64,000 nucleotides of DNA from assembly GCF_003790525.1 (NCBI RefSeq), contig NZ_CP033636.1; one strand, given 5' to 3'. Below the pieces are notes generated by a model. It worked only from the letters and a program-made list of their open reading frames with translations, had not been told where the DNA came from and searched no databases. Made by a program: the position numbers and the translations under genes. The DNA is from Escherichia coli (GTDB taxonomy: Bacteria; Pseudomonadota; Gammaproteobacteria; Enterobacterales; Enterobacteriaceae). Positions 10,848 to 22,715 of the stretch are shown here, one piece after another (the first letter of the stretch is position 1; the number at the start of each line of letters is the position of its first letter).

Positions 10848-11667
10848 GGCACTGTTGCAAATAGTCGGTGGTGATAAACTTATCATCCCCTTTTGCTGAT
10901 GGAGCTGCACATGAACCCATTCAAAGGCCGGCATTTTCAGCGTGACATCATTCTGTGGGCCGTACGCTGGTACTGCAAATACGGCATCAGTTACCGTGAG
11001 CTGCAGGAGATGCTGGCTGAACGCGGAGTGAATGTCGATCACTCCACGATTTACCGCTGGGTTCAGCGTTATGCGCCTGAAATGGAAAAACGGCTGCGCT
11101 GGTACTGGCGTAACCCTTCCGATCTTTGCCCGTGGCACATGGATGAAACCTACGTGAAGGTCAATGGCCGCTGGGCGTATCTGTACCGGGCCGTCGACAG
11201 CCGGGGCCGCACTGTCGATTTTTATCTCTCCTCCCGTCGTAACAGCAAAGCTGCATACCGGTTTCTGGGTAAAATCCTCAACAACGTGAAGAAGTGGCAG
11301 ATCCCGCGATTCATCAACACGGATAAAGCGCCCGCCTATGGTCGCGCGCTTGCTCTGCTCAAACGCGAAGGCCGGTGCCCGTCTGACGTTGAACACCGAC
11401 AGATTAAGTACCGGAACAACATGATTGAATGCGATCATGGCAAACTGAAACGGATAATCGGCGCCACGCTGGGATTTAAATCCATGAAGACGGCTTACGC
11501 CACCATCAAAGGTATTGAGGTGATGCGTGCACTACGCAAAGGCCAGGCCTCAGCATTTTATTATGGTGATCCCCTGGGCGAAATGCGCCTGGTAAGCAGA
11601 GTTTTTGAAATGTAAGGCCTTTGAATAAGACAAAAGGCTGCCTCATCGCTAACTTTGCAACAGTGCC
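10848..11667 (+). mobile_element. IS26 copy 1 (820 bp, 14-bp terminal IRs GGCACTGTTGCAAA)
   Basis: Both IRs read directly at 10848-10861 and 11654-11667; length exactly 820 bp; no flanking 8-bp direct repeat. Confidence 0.95.
10911..11615 (+). CDS. tnp26: IS26 transposase Tnp26 (234 aa), carries V171M relative to copies 2 and 3
   Basis: Translation [21 protein letters not shown]...; codon AAC ATG ATT gives N-M-I where the other copies have N-V-I. Confidence 0.95.
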
Positions 11668-12673
11668 CACTAGTGAGGGGCGGCAGCGCATCAAGCGGTG
11701 AGCGCACTCCGGCACCGCCAACTTTCAGCACATGCGTGTAAATCATCGTCGTAGAGACGTCGGAATGGCCGAGCAGATCCTGCACGGTTCGAATGTCGTA
11801 ACCGCTGCGGAGCAAGGCCGTCGCGAACGAGTGGCGGAGGGTGTGCGGTGTGGCGGGCTTCGTGATGCCTGCTTGTTCTACGGCACGTTTGAAGGCGCGC
11901 TGAAAGGTCTGGTCATACATGTGATGGCGACGCACGACACCGCTCCGTGGATCGGTCGAATGCGTGTGCTGCGCAAAAACCCAGAACCACGGCCAGGAAT
12001 GCCCGGCGCGCGGATACTTCCGCTCAAGGGCGTCGGGAAGCGCAACGCCGCTGCGGCCCTCGGCCTGGTCCTTCAGCCACCATGCCCGTGCACGCGACAG
12101 CTGCTCGCGCAGGCTGGGTGCCAAGCTCTCGGGTAACATCAAGGCCCGATCCTTGGAGCCCTTGCCCTCCCGCACGATGATCGTGCCGTGATCGAAATCC
12201 AGATCCTTGACCCGCAGTTGCAAACCCTCACTGATCCGCATGCCCGTTCCATACAGAAGCTGGGCGAACAAACGATGCTCGCCTTCCAGAAAACCGAGGA
12301 TGCGAACCACTTCATCCGGGGTCAGCACCACCGGCAAGCGCCGCGACGGCCGAGGTCTTCCGATCTCCTGAAGCCAGGGCAGATCCGTGCACAGCACCTT
12401 GCCGTAGAAGAACAGCAAGGCCGCCAATGCCTGACGATGCGTGGAGACCGAAACCTTGCGCTCGTTCGCCAGCCAGGACAGAAATGCCTCGACTTCGCTG
12501 CTGCCCAAGGTTGCCGGGTGACGCACACCGTGGAAACGGATGAAGGCACGAACCCAGTGGACATAAGCCTGTTCGGTTCGTAAGCTGTAATGCAAGTAGC
12601 GTATGCGCTCACGCAACTGGTCCAGAACCTTGACCGAACGCAGCGGTGGTAACGGCGCAGTGGCGGTTTTCAT
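11668..12673 (-). pseudogene. intI1: class 1 integron integrase IntI1, 3' end disrupted by IS26 (nearly full length)
   Basis: Translation [20 protein letters not shown]... matches IntI1; about 335 native codons, then the reading frame runs into IS26. Confidence 0.9.
12558..12586 (+). promoter_or_regulatory. integron cassette promoter Pc, weak variant (TGGACA-N17-TAAGCT)
   Basis: Hexamers and 17-bp spacer read directly inside the intI1 coding region, oriented toward the cassettes. Confidence 0.75.
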
Positions 12674-12747
12674 GGCTTGTTATGACTGTTTTTTTGTACA
12701 GTCTATGCCTCGGGCATCCAAGCAGCAAGCGCGTTACGCCGTGGGTC

Positions 12748-12812
12748 GATGTTTGATGTTATGGAGCAGCAACGATGTTACGCAGCAGGGCAGTCGCCCT
12801 AAAACAAAGTTA
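12748..12812 (+). other. attI1 recombination site of the class 1 integron
   Basis: 5'-conserved-segment sequence GTTACGCAGCAGGGCAGTCGCCCTAAAACAAAGTTA read directly, ending at the first cassette junction. Confidence 0.75.
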
Positions 12813-12845
12813 TGCAGCCAAATCCCAACAATTAAGGGTCTTAAA

Positions 12846-13298
12846 ATGGTAAAAGATTGGATTCCCATCTCTCATGATAATTACAAGCAGGTGCAAGGAC
12901 CGTTCTATCATGGAACCAAAGCCAATTTGGCGATTGGTGACTTGCTAACCACAGGGTTCATCTCTCATTTCGAGGACGGTCGTATTCTTAAGCACATCTA
13001 CTTTTCAGCCTTGATGGAGCCAGCAGTTTGGGGAGCTGAACTTGCTATGTCACTGTCTGGCCTCGAGGGTCGCGGCTACATATACATAGTTGAGCCAACA
13101 GGACCGTTCGAAGACGATCCGAATCTTACGAACAAAAAATTTCCCGGTAATCCAACACAGTCCTATAGAACCTGCGAACCCTTGAGAATTGTTGGCGTTG
13201 TTGAAGACTGGGAGGGGCATCCTGTTGAATTAATAAGGGGAATGTTGGATTCGTTAGAGGACTTAAAGCGCCGTGGTTTACACGTCATTGAAGACTAG
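12846..13298 (+). CDS. arr-2: rifampin ADP-ribosyltransferase Arr (arr-2/arr-3 type; allele not resolved)
   Basis: 150-aa translation MVKDWIPISHDNYKQVQGPFYHGTK... matches Arr-2/3 from recall; first cassette after attI1. Confidence 0.85.
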   Translation: MVKDWIPISHDNYKQVQGPFYHGTKANLAIGDLLTTGFISHFEDGRILKHIYFSALMEPAVWGAELAMSLSGLEGRGYIYIVEPTGPFEDDPNLTNKKFPGNPTQSYRTCEPLRIVGVVEDWEGHPVELIRGMLDSLEDLKRRGLHVIED

Positions 13299-13490
13299 TC
13301 CTTTGCATAACAAAGCCATCAAACCGGACGCCAGAGATTCCGCGCCTGTTGCGCATGGCTTCGCCATTTTATGCGCAATAGGCGCGCCACCCTGTCGCCG
13401 TTTATGGCGGCGTTGGGCGCACAATAAGGCTCCTCGCAGAGTTGCTTGAAAGTTGTTACGATTCAAATTCAATCATGAGATAGTCAGCAG

Positions 13491-13560
13491 ATGAGCACTT
13501 CCAAGAACGCAGACAAGTAAGCCGCAGCAACCTTCATTTTTCGGTTGTTGCGGCGTTCTC
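13491..13560 (+). promoter_or_regulatory. cmlA translational-attenuation leader (9-aa leader peptide MSTSKNADK plus stem-loop)
   Basis: Leader ORF atgagcacttccaagaacgcagacaagtaa followed by inverted repeat GCCGCAGCAACC...GGTTGTTGCGGC, read directly; consistent with known inducible cmlA regulation. Confidence 0.7.
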
Positions 13561-13618
13561 ATGAATCCTTTTGCTCTACGGGAGCGCCGCCAAATCCTTT
13601 GTTCAAGGAGATGGTTTC

Positions 13619-14878
13619 GTGCGCTCAAAAAACTTTAGTTGGCGGTACTCCCTTGCCGCCACGGTGTTGTTGTTATCACCGTTCGATTTATTGGCATCAC
13701 TCGGCATGGACATGTACTTGCCAGCAGTGCCGTTTATGCCAAACGCGCTTGGTACGACAGCGAGCACAATTCAGCTTACGCTGACAACGTACTTGGTCAT
13801 GATTGGTGCCGGTCAGCTCTTGTTTGGACCGCTATCGGACCGACTGGGGCGCCGCCCCGTTCTACTGGGAGGTGGCCTCGCCTACGTTGTGGCGTCAATG
13901 GGCCTCGCTCTTACGTCATCGGCTGAAGTCTTTCTGGGGCTTCGGATTCTTCAGGCTTGTGGTGCCTCGGCGTGCCTTGTTTCCACATTTGCAACAGTAC
14001 GTGACATTTACGCAGGTCGCGAGGAAAGTAATGTCATTTACGGCATACTCGGATCCATGCTGGCCATGGTCCCGGCGGTAGGCCCATTGCTCGGAGCGCT
14101 CGTCGACATGTGGCTTGGGTGGCGGGCTATCTTTGCGTTTCTAGGTTTGGGCATGATCGCTGCATCTGCAGCAGCGTGGCGATTCTGGCCTGAAACCCGG
14201 GTGCAACGAGTTGCGGGCTTGCAATGGTCGCAGCTGCTACTCCCCGTTAAGTGCCTGAACTTCTGGTTGTACACGTTGTGTTACGCCGCTGGAATGGGTA
14301 GCTTCTTCGTCTTTTTCTCCATTGCGCCCGGACTAATGATGGGCAGGCAAGGTGTGTCTCAGCTTGGCTTCAGCCTGCTGTTCGCCACAGTGGCAATTGC
14401 CATGGTGTTTACGGCTCGTTTTATGGGGCGTGTGATACCCAAGTGGGGCAGCCCAAGTGTCTTGCGAATGGGAATGGGATGCCTGATAGCTGGAGCAGTA
14501 TTGCTTGCCATCACCGAAATATGGGCTTCGCAGTCCGTGTTAGGCTTTATTGCTCCAATGTGGCTAGTGGGTATTGGTGTCGCCACAGCGGTATCTGTGT
14601 CGCCCAATGGCGCTCTTCGAGGATTCGACCATGTTGCTGGAACGGTCACGGCAGTCTACTTCTGCTTGGGCGGTGTACTGCTAGGAAGCATCGGAACGTT
14701 GATCATTTCGCTGTTGCCGCGCAACACGGCTTGGCCGGTTGTCGTGTACTGTTTGACCCTTGCAACAGTCGTGCTCGGTCTGTCTTGTGTTTCCCGAGTG
14801 AAGGGCTCTCGCGGCCAGGGGGAGCATGATGTGGTCGCGCTACAAAGTGCGGAAAGTACATCAAATCCCAATCGTTGA
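13619..14878 (+). CDS. cmlA: chloramphenicol efflux MFS transporter CmlA (cmlA5-like)
   Basis: 419-aa translation from a GTG start (RSKNFSWRYSLAATVLLLSPFDLLASLGMDMYLP...) matches CmlA from recall. Confidence 0.88.
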   Translation: MRSKNFSWRYSLAATVLLLSPFDLLASLGMDMYLPAVPFMPNALGTTASTIQLTLTTYLVMIGAGQLLFGPLSDRLGRRPVLLGGGLAYVVASMGLALTSSAEVFLGLRILQACGASACLVSTFATVRDIYAGREESNVIYGILGSMLAMVPAVGPLLGALVDMWLGWRAIFAFLGLGMIAASAAAWRFWPETRVQRVAGLQWSQLLLPVKCLNFWLYTLCYAAGMGSFFVFFSIAPGLMMGRQGVSQLGFSLLFATVAIAMVFTARFMGRVIPKWGSPSVLRMGMGCLIAGAVLLAITEIWASQSVLGFIAPMWLVGIGVATAVSVSPNGALRGFDHVAGTVTAVYFCLGGVLLGSIGTLIISLLPRNTAWPVVVYCLTLATVVLGLSCVSRVKGSRGQGEHDVVALQSAESTSNPNR

Positions 14879-15142
14879 GAGAATGTGGCAAGCTATCGCC
14901 CAACAAATCGCTGCAGCCGACCCAAAACCGCTACGCGGTTTCGGTCGGCTGAGCTCAGGCGTTAGGCCTCGCCGAAGCGAAAGATCGCTACTTGAAGTGT
15001 TGACGCCTTTGTTTTAAAGTTTCGCGTCTATCTTTCTGATTTTGTTAAAAAATCAGACTTTGATTAATCATGTTAGACGTCAGAGGTATTTTGACTTAAA
15101 CGCCTCTGAGGTCGAATTAACGTTAGCCACCAAGAAGGTGCC

Positions 15143-15943
15143 ATGAAAACATTTGCCGCATATGTAATTATCGCGTGTCTTTCGAGTACGGCATTAGCTG
15201 GTTCAATTACAGAAAATACGTCTTGGAACAAAGAGTTCTCTGCCGAAGCCGTCAATGGTGTCTTCGTGCTTTGTAAAAGTAGCAGTAAATCCTGCGCTAC
15301 CAATGACTTAGCTCGTGCATCAAAGGAATATCTTCCAGCATCAACATTTAAGATCCCCAACGCAATTATCGGCCTAGAAACTGGTGTCATAAAGAATGAG
15401 CATCAGGTTTTCAAATGGGACGGAAAGCCAAGAGCCATGAAGCAATGGGAAAGAGACTTGACCTTAAGAGGGGCAATACAAGTTTCAGCTGTTCCCGTAT
15501 TTCAACAAATCGCCAGAGAAGTTGGCGAAGTAAGAATGCAGAAATACCTTAAAAAATTTTCCTATGGCAACCAGAATATCAGTGGTGGCATTGACAAATT
15601 CTGGTTGGAAGGCCAGCTTAGAATTTCCGCAGTTAATCAAGTGGAGTTTCTAGAGTCTCTATATTTAAATAAATTGTCAGCATCTAAAGAAAACCAGCTA
15701 ATAGTAAAAGAGGCTTTGGTAACGGAGGCGGCACCTGAATATCTAGTGCATTCAAAAACTGGTTTTTCTGGTGTGGGAACTGAGTCAAATCCTGGTGTCG
15801 CATGGTGGGTTGGGTGGGTTGAGAAGGAGACAGAGGTTTACTTTTTCGCCTTTAACATGGATATAGACAACGAAAGTAAGTTGCCGCTAAGAAAATCCAT
15901 TCCCACCAAAATCATGGAAAGTGAGGGCATCATTGGTGGCTAA
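15143..15943 (+). CDS. blaOXA-10: class D beta-lactamase, OXA-10 family
   Basis: 266-aa translation [32 protein letters not shown]... matches OXA-10 from recall; STFK and KTG motifs present. Confidence 0.9.
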   Translation: MKTFAAYVIIACLSSTALAGSITENTSWNKEFSAEAVNGVFVLCKSSSKSCATNDLARASKEYLPASTFKIPNAIIGLETGVIKNEHQVFKWDGKPRAMKQWERDLTLRGAIQVSAVPVFQQIAREVGEVRMQKYLKKFSYGNQNISGGIDKFWLEGQLRISAVNQVEFLESLYLNKLSASKENQLIVKEALVTEAAPEYLVHSKTGFSGVGTESNPGVAWWVGWVEKETEVYFFAFNMDIDNESKLPLRKSIPTKIMESEGIIGG

Positions 15944-15959
15944 AACAAAGTTAAACATC

Positions 15960-16751
15960 ATGAGGGAAGTGGTGATCGCCGAAGTATCGACTCAACTATC
16001 AGAGGTAGTTGGCGTCATCGAGCGCCATCTCGAACCGACGTTGCTGGCCGTACATTTGTACGGCTCCGCAGTGGATGGCGGCCTGAAGCCACACAGTGAT
16101 ATTGATTTGCTGGTTACGGTGACCGTAAGGCTTGATGAAACAACGCGGCGAGCTTTGATCAACGACCTTTTGGAAACTTCGGCTTCCCCTGGAGAGAGCG
16201 AGATTCTCCGCGCTGTAGAAGTCACCATTGTTGTGCACGACGACATCATTCCGTGGCGTTATCCAGCTAAGCGCGAACTGCAATTTGGAGAATGGCAGCG
16301 CAATGACATTCTTGCAGGTATCTTCGAGCCAGCCACGATCGACATTGATCTGGCTATCTTGCTGACAAAAGCAAGAGAACATAGCGTTGCCTTGGTAGGT
16401 CCAGCGGCGGAGGAACTCTTTGATCCGGTTCCTGAACAGGATCTATTTGAGGCGCTAAATGAAACCTTAACGCTATGGAACTCGCCGCCCGACTGGGCTG
16501 GCGATGAGCGAAATGTAGTGCTTACGTTGTCCCGCATTTGGTACAGCGCAGTAACCGGCAAAATCGCGCCGAAGGATGTCGCTGCCGACTGGGCAATGGA
16601 GCGCCTGCCGGCCCAGTATCAGCCCGTCATACTTGAAGCTAGACAGGCTTATCTTGGACAAGAAGAAGATCGCTTGGCCTCGCGCGCAGATCAGTTGGAA
16701 GAATTTGTTCACTACGTGAAAGGCGAGATCACCAAGGTAGTCGGCAAATAA
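15960..16751 (+). CDS. aadA1: aminoglycoside 3''-adenylyltransferase AadA1
   Basis: 263-aa translation MREVVIAEVSTQLSEVVGVIERHLEPTLLAVHLYGSAVDGGLKPHSDIDLLV... matches AadA1; start 17 nt after the blaOXA-10 stop. Confidence 0.9.
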   Translation: MREVVIAEVSTQLSEVVGVIERHLEPTLLAVHLYGSAVDGGLKPHSDIDLLVTVTVRLDETTRRALINDLLETSASPGESEILRAVEVTIVVHDDIIPWRYPAKRELQFGEWQRNDILAGIFEPATIDIDLAILLTKAREHSVALVGPAAEELFDPVPEQDLFEALNETLTLWNSPPDWAGDERNVVLTLSRIWYSAVTGKIAPKDVAADWAMERLPAQYQPVILEARQAYLGQEEDRLASRADQLEEFVHYVKGEITKVVGK

Positions 16752-16752
16752 T

Positions 16753-16813
16753 GTCTAACAATTCGTTCAAGCCGACGCCGCTTCGCGGCGCGGCTTAACT
16801 CAAGCGTTAACCC
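16753..16813 (+). other. attC (59-be) of the aadA1 cassette
   Basis: GTCTAACAATTCGTTCAAGCCGACGCCGCTTCGCGGCGCGGCTTAACTCAAGCGTTA read directly and recognised as the aadA1 attC. Confidence 0.75.
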
Positions 16814-16816
16814 AGG

Positions 16817-17299
16817 ATGAGAACCTTGAAAGTATCATTGATGGCTGCGAAAGCGAAAAACGGCGTGATTGGTTGCGGTCCAGACATACCCTGGTCCGCG
16901 AAAGGGGAGCAGCTACTTTTTAAAGCATTGACCTACAATCAGTGGCTTCTGGTGGGTCGCAAGACGTTTGAATCTATGGGCGCACTCCCCAATAGGAAAT
17001 ACGCGGTCGTTACCCGCTCAGGTTGGACATCAAATGATGACAATGTAGTTGTATTTCAGTCAATCGAAGAGGCCATGGACAGGCTAGCTGAATTCACCGG
17101 TCACGTTATAGTGTCTGGTGGCGGAGAAATTTACCGAGAAACATTACCCATGGCCTCTACGCTCCACTTATCGACGATCGACATCGAGCCAGAGGGGGAT
17201 GTTTTCTTCCCGAGTATTCCAAATACCTTCGAAGTTGTTTTTGAGCAACACTTTACTTCAAACATTAACTATTGCTATCAAATTTGGAAAAAGGGTTAA
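16817..17299 (+). CDS. dfrA14: trimethoprim-resistant dihydrofolate reductase, DfrA14-like
   Basis: 160-aa translation [68 protein letters not shown]...; dfrA1/5/14 family, allele uncertain. Confidence 0.75.
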   Translation: MRTLKVSLMAAKAKNGVIGCGPDIPWSAKGEQLLFKALTYNQWLLVGRKTFESMGALPNRKYAVVTRSGWTSNDDNVVVFQSIEEAMDRLAEFTGHVIVSGGGEIYRETLPMASTLHLSTIDIEPEGDVFFPSIPNTFEVVFEQHFTSNINYCYQIWKKG

Positions 17300-17482
17300 C
17301 AAAGCTATGCAATCGACGGCAAAAAGCTTCGTTCGCTTCGCGCACTACGCCTTTTCCGCGATTGATAGCGACGTTATGTGAATATTGAAATGAGCATTCC
17401 AAAGAAAGGAAGTAGAAAAATTATCGTGGGCGAAAATGAGTTTTTGTGGCTCATTAGGTCAAAACTCACATATTCGCAGGAC

Positions 17483-18721
<1,239 letters not shown>

Positions 18722-18830
18722 CTGTCAGACCAAGTTTACTCATATATACTTTAGATTGATTTAAAACTTCATTTTTAATTTAAAAGGATCTAGGTGAAGA
18801 TCCTTTTTGATAATCTCATGACCAAAATCC

Positions 18831-18868
18831 CTTAACGTGAGTTTTCGTTCCACTGAGCGTCAGACCCC
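18831..18868. repeat. 38-bp terminal inverted repeat of Tn3 (bla-proximal end)
   Basis: CTTAACGTGAGTTTTCGTTCCACTGAGCGTCAGACCCC read directly; reverse complement of the Tn3 IR. Confidence 0.85.
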
Positions 18869-19740
18869 ATATCGGGCGGATCGTGGCCGGCATCACCGGG
18901 GCGACTGGGGCGGTAGCCGGCGCTTATATTGCCGATATCACTGATGGCGATGAGCGCGCGCGGCACTTCGGCTTCATGAGCGCCTGTTTCGGGTTCGGGA
19001 TGGTCGCGGGACCTGTGCTCGGTGGGCTGATGGGCGGTTTCTCCCCCCACGCTCCGTTCTTCGCCGCGGCAGCCTTGAACGGCCTCAATTTCCTGACGGG
19101 CTGTTTCCTTTTGCCGGAGTCGCACAAAGGCGAACGCCGGCCGTTACGCCGGGAGGCTCTCAACCCGCTCGCTTCGTTCCGGTGGGCCCGGGGCATGACC
19201 GTCGTCGCCGCCCTGATGGCGGTCTTCTTCATCATGCAACTTGTCGGACAGGTGCCGGCCGCGCTTTGGGTCATTTTCGGCGAGGATCGCTTTCACTGGG
19301 ACGCGACCACGATCGGCATTTCGCTTGCCGCATTTGGCATTCTGCATTCACTCGCCCAGGCAATGATCACCGGCCCTGTAGCCGCCCGGCTCGGCGAAAG
19401 GCGGGCACTCATGCTCGGAATGATTGCCGACGGCACAGGCTACATCCTGCTTGCCTTCGCGACACGGGGATGGATGGCGTTCCCGATCATGGTCCTGCTT
19501 GCTTCGGGTGGCATCGGAATGCCGGCGCTGCAAGCAATGTTGTCCAGGCAGGTGGATGAGGAACGTCAGGGGCAGCTGCAAGGCTCACTGGCGGCGCTCA
19601 CCAGCCTGACCTCGATCGTCGGACCCCTCCTCTTCACGGCGATCTATGCGGCTTCTATAACAACGTGGAACGGGTGGGCATGGATTGCAGGCGCTGCCCT
19701 CTACTTGCTCTGCCTGCCGGCGCTGCGTCGCGGGCTTTGG
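18869..19740 (+). pseudogene. tetA: second, 5'-truncated copy of tetA(A); its 3' end is also replaced after codon ...RRGLW
   Basis: Translation matches the C-terminal ~280 aa of TetA(A); the DNA diverges from the complete copy after GGGCTTTGG at 19740. Confidence 0.85.
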
Positions 19741-19925
19741 AGAAATTCTTCAAATTCCCGTTGCACATAGCCCGGCAATTCCTTTCCCTGCTCTGCCATA
19801 AGCGCAGCGAATGCCGGGTAATACTCGTCAACGATCTGATAGAGAAGGGTTTGCTCGGGTCGGTGGCTCTGGTAACGACCAGTATCCCGATCCCGGCTGG
19901 CCGTCCTGGCCGCCACATGAGGCAT
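19741..19925 (-). pseudogene. IS91-family ISCR2-type transposase, N-terminal ~62 codons only
   Basis: Translation MPHVAARTASRDRDTGRYQSHRPEQTLLYQIVDEYYPAFAALMAEQGKELPGYVQREFEEFL recalled as the ISCR2 Tnp N-terminus; reading frame then enters the tetA fragment. Confidence 0.6.
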
Positions 19926-20036
19926 GTTCCGCGTCCTTGCAATACTGTGTTTACATACAGTCTATCGCTTAGCGGAAAGTTCTTTTACCCTCAGCCGAAA
20001 TGCCTGCCGTTGCTAGACATTGCCAGCCAGTGCCCG

Positions 20037-20342
20037 TCACTCCGCGGTCTTCACTGCGTGATCGAGTTGATCGACACCCGCCGTGACACGCTCCATGAAG
20101 TGCCTGCCTGCGTCTGTTAGCCGAACGCCCCGCGCATGGCGCTCAAATAGCAGGACACCAAGGTTATCCTCCAGCGCTTTCACACGCGCGCTGACGCTCG
20201 ACTGGCTGATACCAAGTGCCTTGGCCGCATGCCGAAAATTCAGATGCTCGGCGACGGCGATGAACTGAACAAGGGAAATGAGCGGTATCCTGCCAGACAG
20301 GATACCGACATTCACGAGGTTTCGATGGTTAGTGCGCCGCAT
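20037..20342 (-). pseudogene. lysR: LysR-family regulator fragment, the usual floR neighbour
   Basis: 101-aa translation with an N-terminal LysR HTH (LVQFIAVAEHLNFRHAAKALGISQSSVSARVKALE); shorter than a full LysR protein. Confidence 0.7.
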
Positions 20343-20369
20343 CGGAGCGGGCCTGCTACCAGTCGTCGG

Positions 20370-21584
20370 TTAGACGACTGGCGACTTCTCGGTGGCAGCC
20401 CCACGGAGCCGAAGGAGCACCAGCCCCAACGAAACCAGTACCGCCATCGCCGTGGCGTAACAGATCACGGGCCACGCTGTGTCACCGTTTAAAAGTGCCA
20501 CCGCCAATGTCCCGACAATGCTGACTATCAGGCTTTGAACGCAGAAGTAGAACGCGACCGCTGATCCCGCGATGTCGTCGAACTCTGCCAAAGCGCCGTT
20601 CGCGGTAACGGACACCGTGAAGACAATACCGACCGCGACAACCCACATCGGTAGGATGAAGGTGAGGAATGACGGCGAGCCGTAAAGTTCGCCGATCCCC
20701 AACAGGACCGCTCCGCAAACAAGCAACGCCATCCCACGCGCCACGCATCCTGCGATGCCCCATCTGGCGACAAAGGACTTCGCGAAACGGGTTGTCACGA
20801 TCATTACAAGCGCGACAGTGGCGAAGGCAAAGCTGAATCCGATCTCGGAATATTCCGCTTGGCCTATGAGCACACGGGTAGCCGTCGAGAAGAAGACGAA
20901 GTAGGTGCCCATACCGGCGCTAAAGCCGACAGTGTAAACCCAAAAAGCCGGACTCGCGAAGATCGGCAAGACAGATCGGCGCGTCTTGACTTGATCCAGA
21001 GGGCGGGTTTCGTGCCACCTGAAACCCGCATTTAGGAGTGCGAGCATCGCCAGTATAGCCAAAGTAATGAATATCGCCTGCCATCCCAAGAACTCGCCGA
21101 TCAATGCTCCGGCGATAGGGCCGAGCGCAGGCACGAACGCCAGCATCGAACTGAAAAGGCCGTAGATGACGACACCCTCAGGACGGTTGGCATAAACGTC
21201 GCGAACCGTCGCGAACGTCGCCACCAGCATGGCCGACGCGCCCACTGCTTGAAGTAGACGGAAAGCGACAAAGGCCGGTGCAGTTGAAGACCAAGCTGCT
21301 CCCAGAGACGCAATGACGAAAGCCGTTGCGCCCGCAAGTAGAATTGGCCGTCGCCCGATTCTGTCTGAGAGCGGACCAAAAATCACCTGGCCCACGCCGA
21401 GCATCACCATATAGAGGCTCAACGTGAGTTGGATCATAGCGGGCGTCGTGTTCAGGATGCCGGGCATCGCTGGAACGACAGGGAGATAAATATCCATCGC
21501 CAGTGAAGCGAGGATGTCGAAAGGAGCCATCAGCAGCAGTGCTGCCGGCAGCGTATAGGCCCACGCGGGGCGTGTGGTGGTCAT
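20370..21584 (-). CDS. floR: florfenicol/chloramphenicol MFS exporter FloR
   Basis: 404-aa translation MTTTRPAWAYTLPAALLLMAPFDILASLAMDIYLPVVPAMPG... matches FloR from recall. Confidence 0.9.
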   Translation of the reverse strand: MTTTRPAWAYTLPAALLLMAPFDILASLAMDIYLPVVPAMPGILNTTPAMIQLTLSLYMVMLGVGQVIFGPLSDRIGRRPILLAGATAFVIASLGAAWSSTAPAFVAFRLLQAVGASAMLVATFATVRDVYANRPEGVVIYGLFSSMLAFVPALGPIAGALIGEFLGWQAIFITLAILAMLALLNAGFRWHETRPLDQVKTRRSVLPIFASPAFWVYTVGFSAGMGTYFVFFSTATRVLIGQAEYSEIGFSFAFATVALVMIVTTRFAKSFVARWGIAGCVARGMALLVCGAVLLGIGELYGSPSFLTFILPMWVVAVGIVFTVSVTANGALAEFDDIAGSAVAFYFCVQSLIVSIVGTLAVALLNGDTAWPVICYATAMAVLVSLGLVLLRLRGAATEKSPVV

Positions 21585-21800
21585 GACGAATCAACCCTCG
21601 ATTAAGGAATACCGGGCGACGTCTGCTCGTCAGCAATCAGATGAGACTAGCCTTACAGAGCGCCGCAACAACAATACTGGTTGTTGCGGCTTACTTGTCT
21701 GCTGACTTGGAATTTCCCATCTGATTACTCCACGCTTACGAATATGAATTGCTACATTTTATCCGATTATCTTTTGCTTCGCAATGCGGCATGGGCGCAC

Positions 21801-22685
21801 TCAGCGTTCCAGCCCCCTCTGCCGCCCTAACTGCCACGACACCGACCCGCCCTGCACGATGCCCATAACCTCGCGGCCGAGTTGGCGGTCGATGATCGGC
21901 CGCCACGGGACAAGGGTGAACTCATGGGATTTCTCGACCACGGCGAACTTGCCGCTCGATAGATGCACGGTTCCGGTAAACTTGCCGCTGACGCTCTCGC
22001 CGTCCGTGGCGGCGCGGAACGGCAGGCCCTTACTCAAAGCCATATCCGATCCGACGCCGGCTACCTCGCGCTCCCGCAGGATGGCGAGAAGGTTGCGCCG
22101 GTAGAAGACGCGGCTGTCCCGGCTGCGGGTGGCGTCGCCCTGTTCGATATGGTGCTCGCGGCGCTGGTCCATGGCTTCGCGGACTTGTTGCCCGAAGCCG
22201 GTTGGCGCAAGGTCGGCCGTCTCGCCGTGGATCAGCCGCCGGTCCAGCCAGGTCGCGCCGTCCGATCCGATCTGTTTGTTCAGATCGACCGGGGAAAGGA
22301 CGCGAACGCTGGCCTGACTGTCTCGGCCGGCGTCATGGGCGGCGGCACGGCTGACCAGATCATCGGGGATGCGCCATTGGTCGGCGTCGATCCGCTCGAC
22401 GATACCGGCCCGGCGTAGCGCCTCCAGCCGGCGCACATGGGCATCGACATAGCCCTCATAGTCGCCGCCTGGAACGCGGCACGTATAGGAAGAATAAACG
22501 CCCTTTTCACCCAAGTCCAACAGCTTTGGACCGCAGTTGACTCTTTCGACACCCCTGCGATGCAACCCAATCCGGCTGACGGGGAGCCAGCAACGCTGAA
22601 AATTTACCCTCCTCTTTCCCACTAGCGGCTCCTTTTCCGACAACCAGCACGGCGGATCCCTGCCGCGGCGCTGTGAACGCAGCAT
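21801..22685 (-). CDS. relaxase-like (virD2-like) protein fragment commonly found between ISCR2 and floR
   Basis: 294-aa ORF in the position expected for the virD2-like remnant of ISCR2-floR modules; identity by recall only. Confidence 0.45.
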   Translation of the reverse strand: MLRSQRRGRDPPCWLSEKEPLVGKRRVNFQRCWLPVSRIGLHRRGVERVNCGPKLLDLGEKGVYSSYTCRVPGGDYEGYVDAHVRRLEALRRAGIVERIDADQWRIPDDLVSRAAAHDAGRDSQASVRVLSPVDLNKQIGSDGATWLDRRLIHGETADLAPTGFGQQVREAMDQRREHHIEQGDATRSRDSRVFYRRNLLAILREREVAGVGSDMALSKGLPFRAATDGESVSGKFTGTVHLSSGKFAVVEKSHEFTLVPWRPIIDRQLGREVMGIVQGGSVSWQLGRQRGLER

Positions 22686-22715
22686 TTTGATTGGTATCGT
22701 TGGCCTTCAGGCTCG

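Noticed and set aside
10389-11438. Long minus-strand ORFs antisense to each IS26 transposase (10389-11438, 17459-18073, 29410-30093)
   Set aside because: Repeated identically because IS26 is repeated; no independent evidence of coding; treated as antisense artefacts of the transposase gene.
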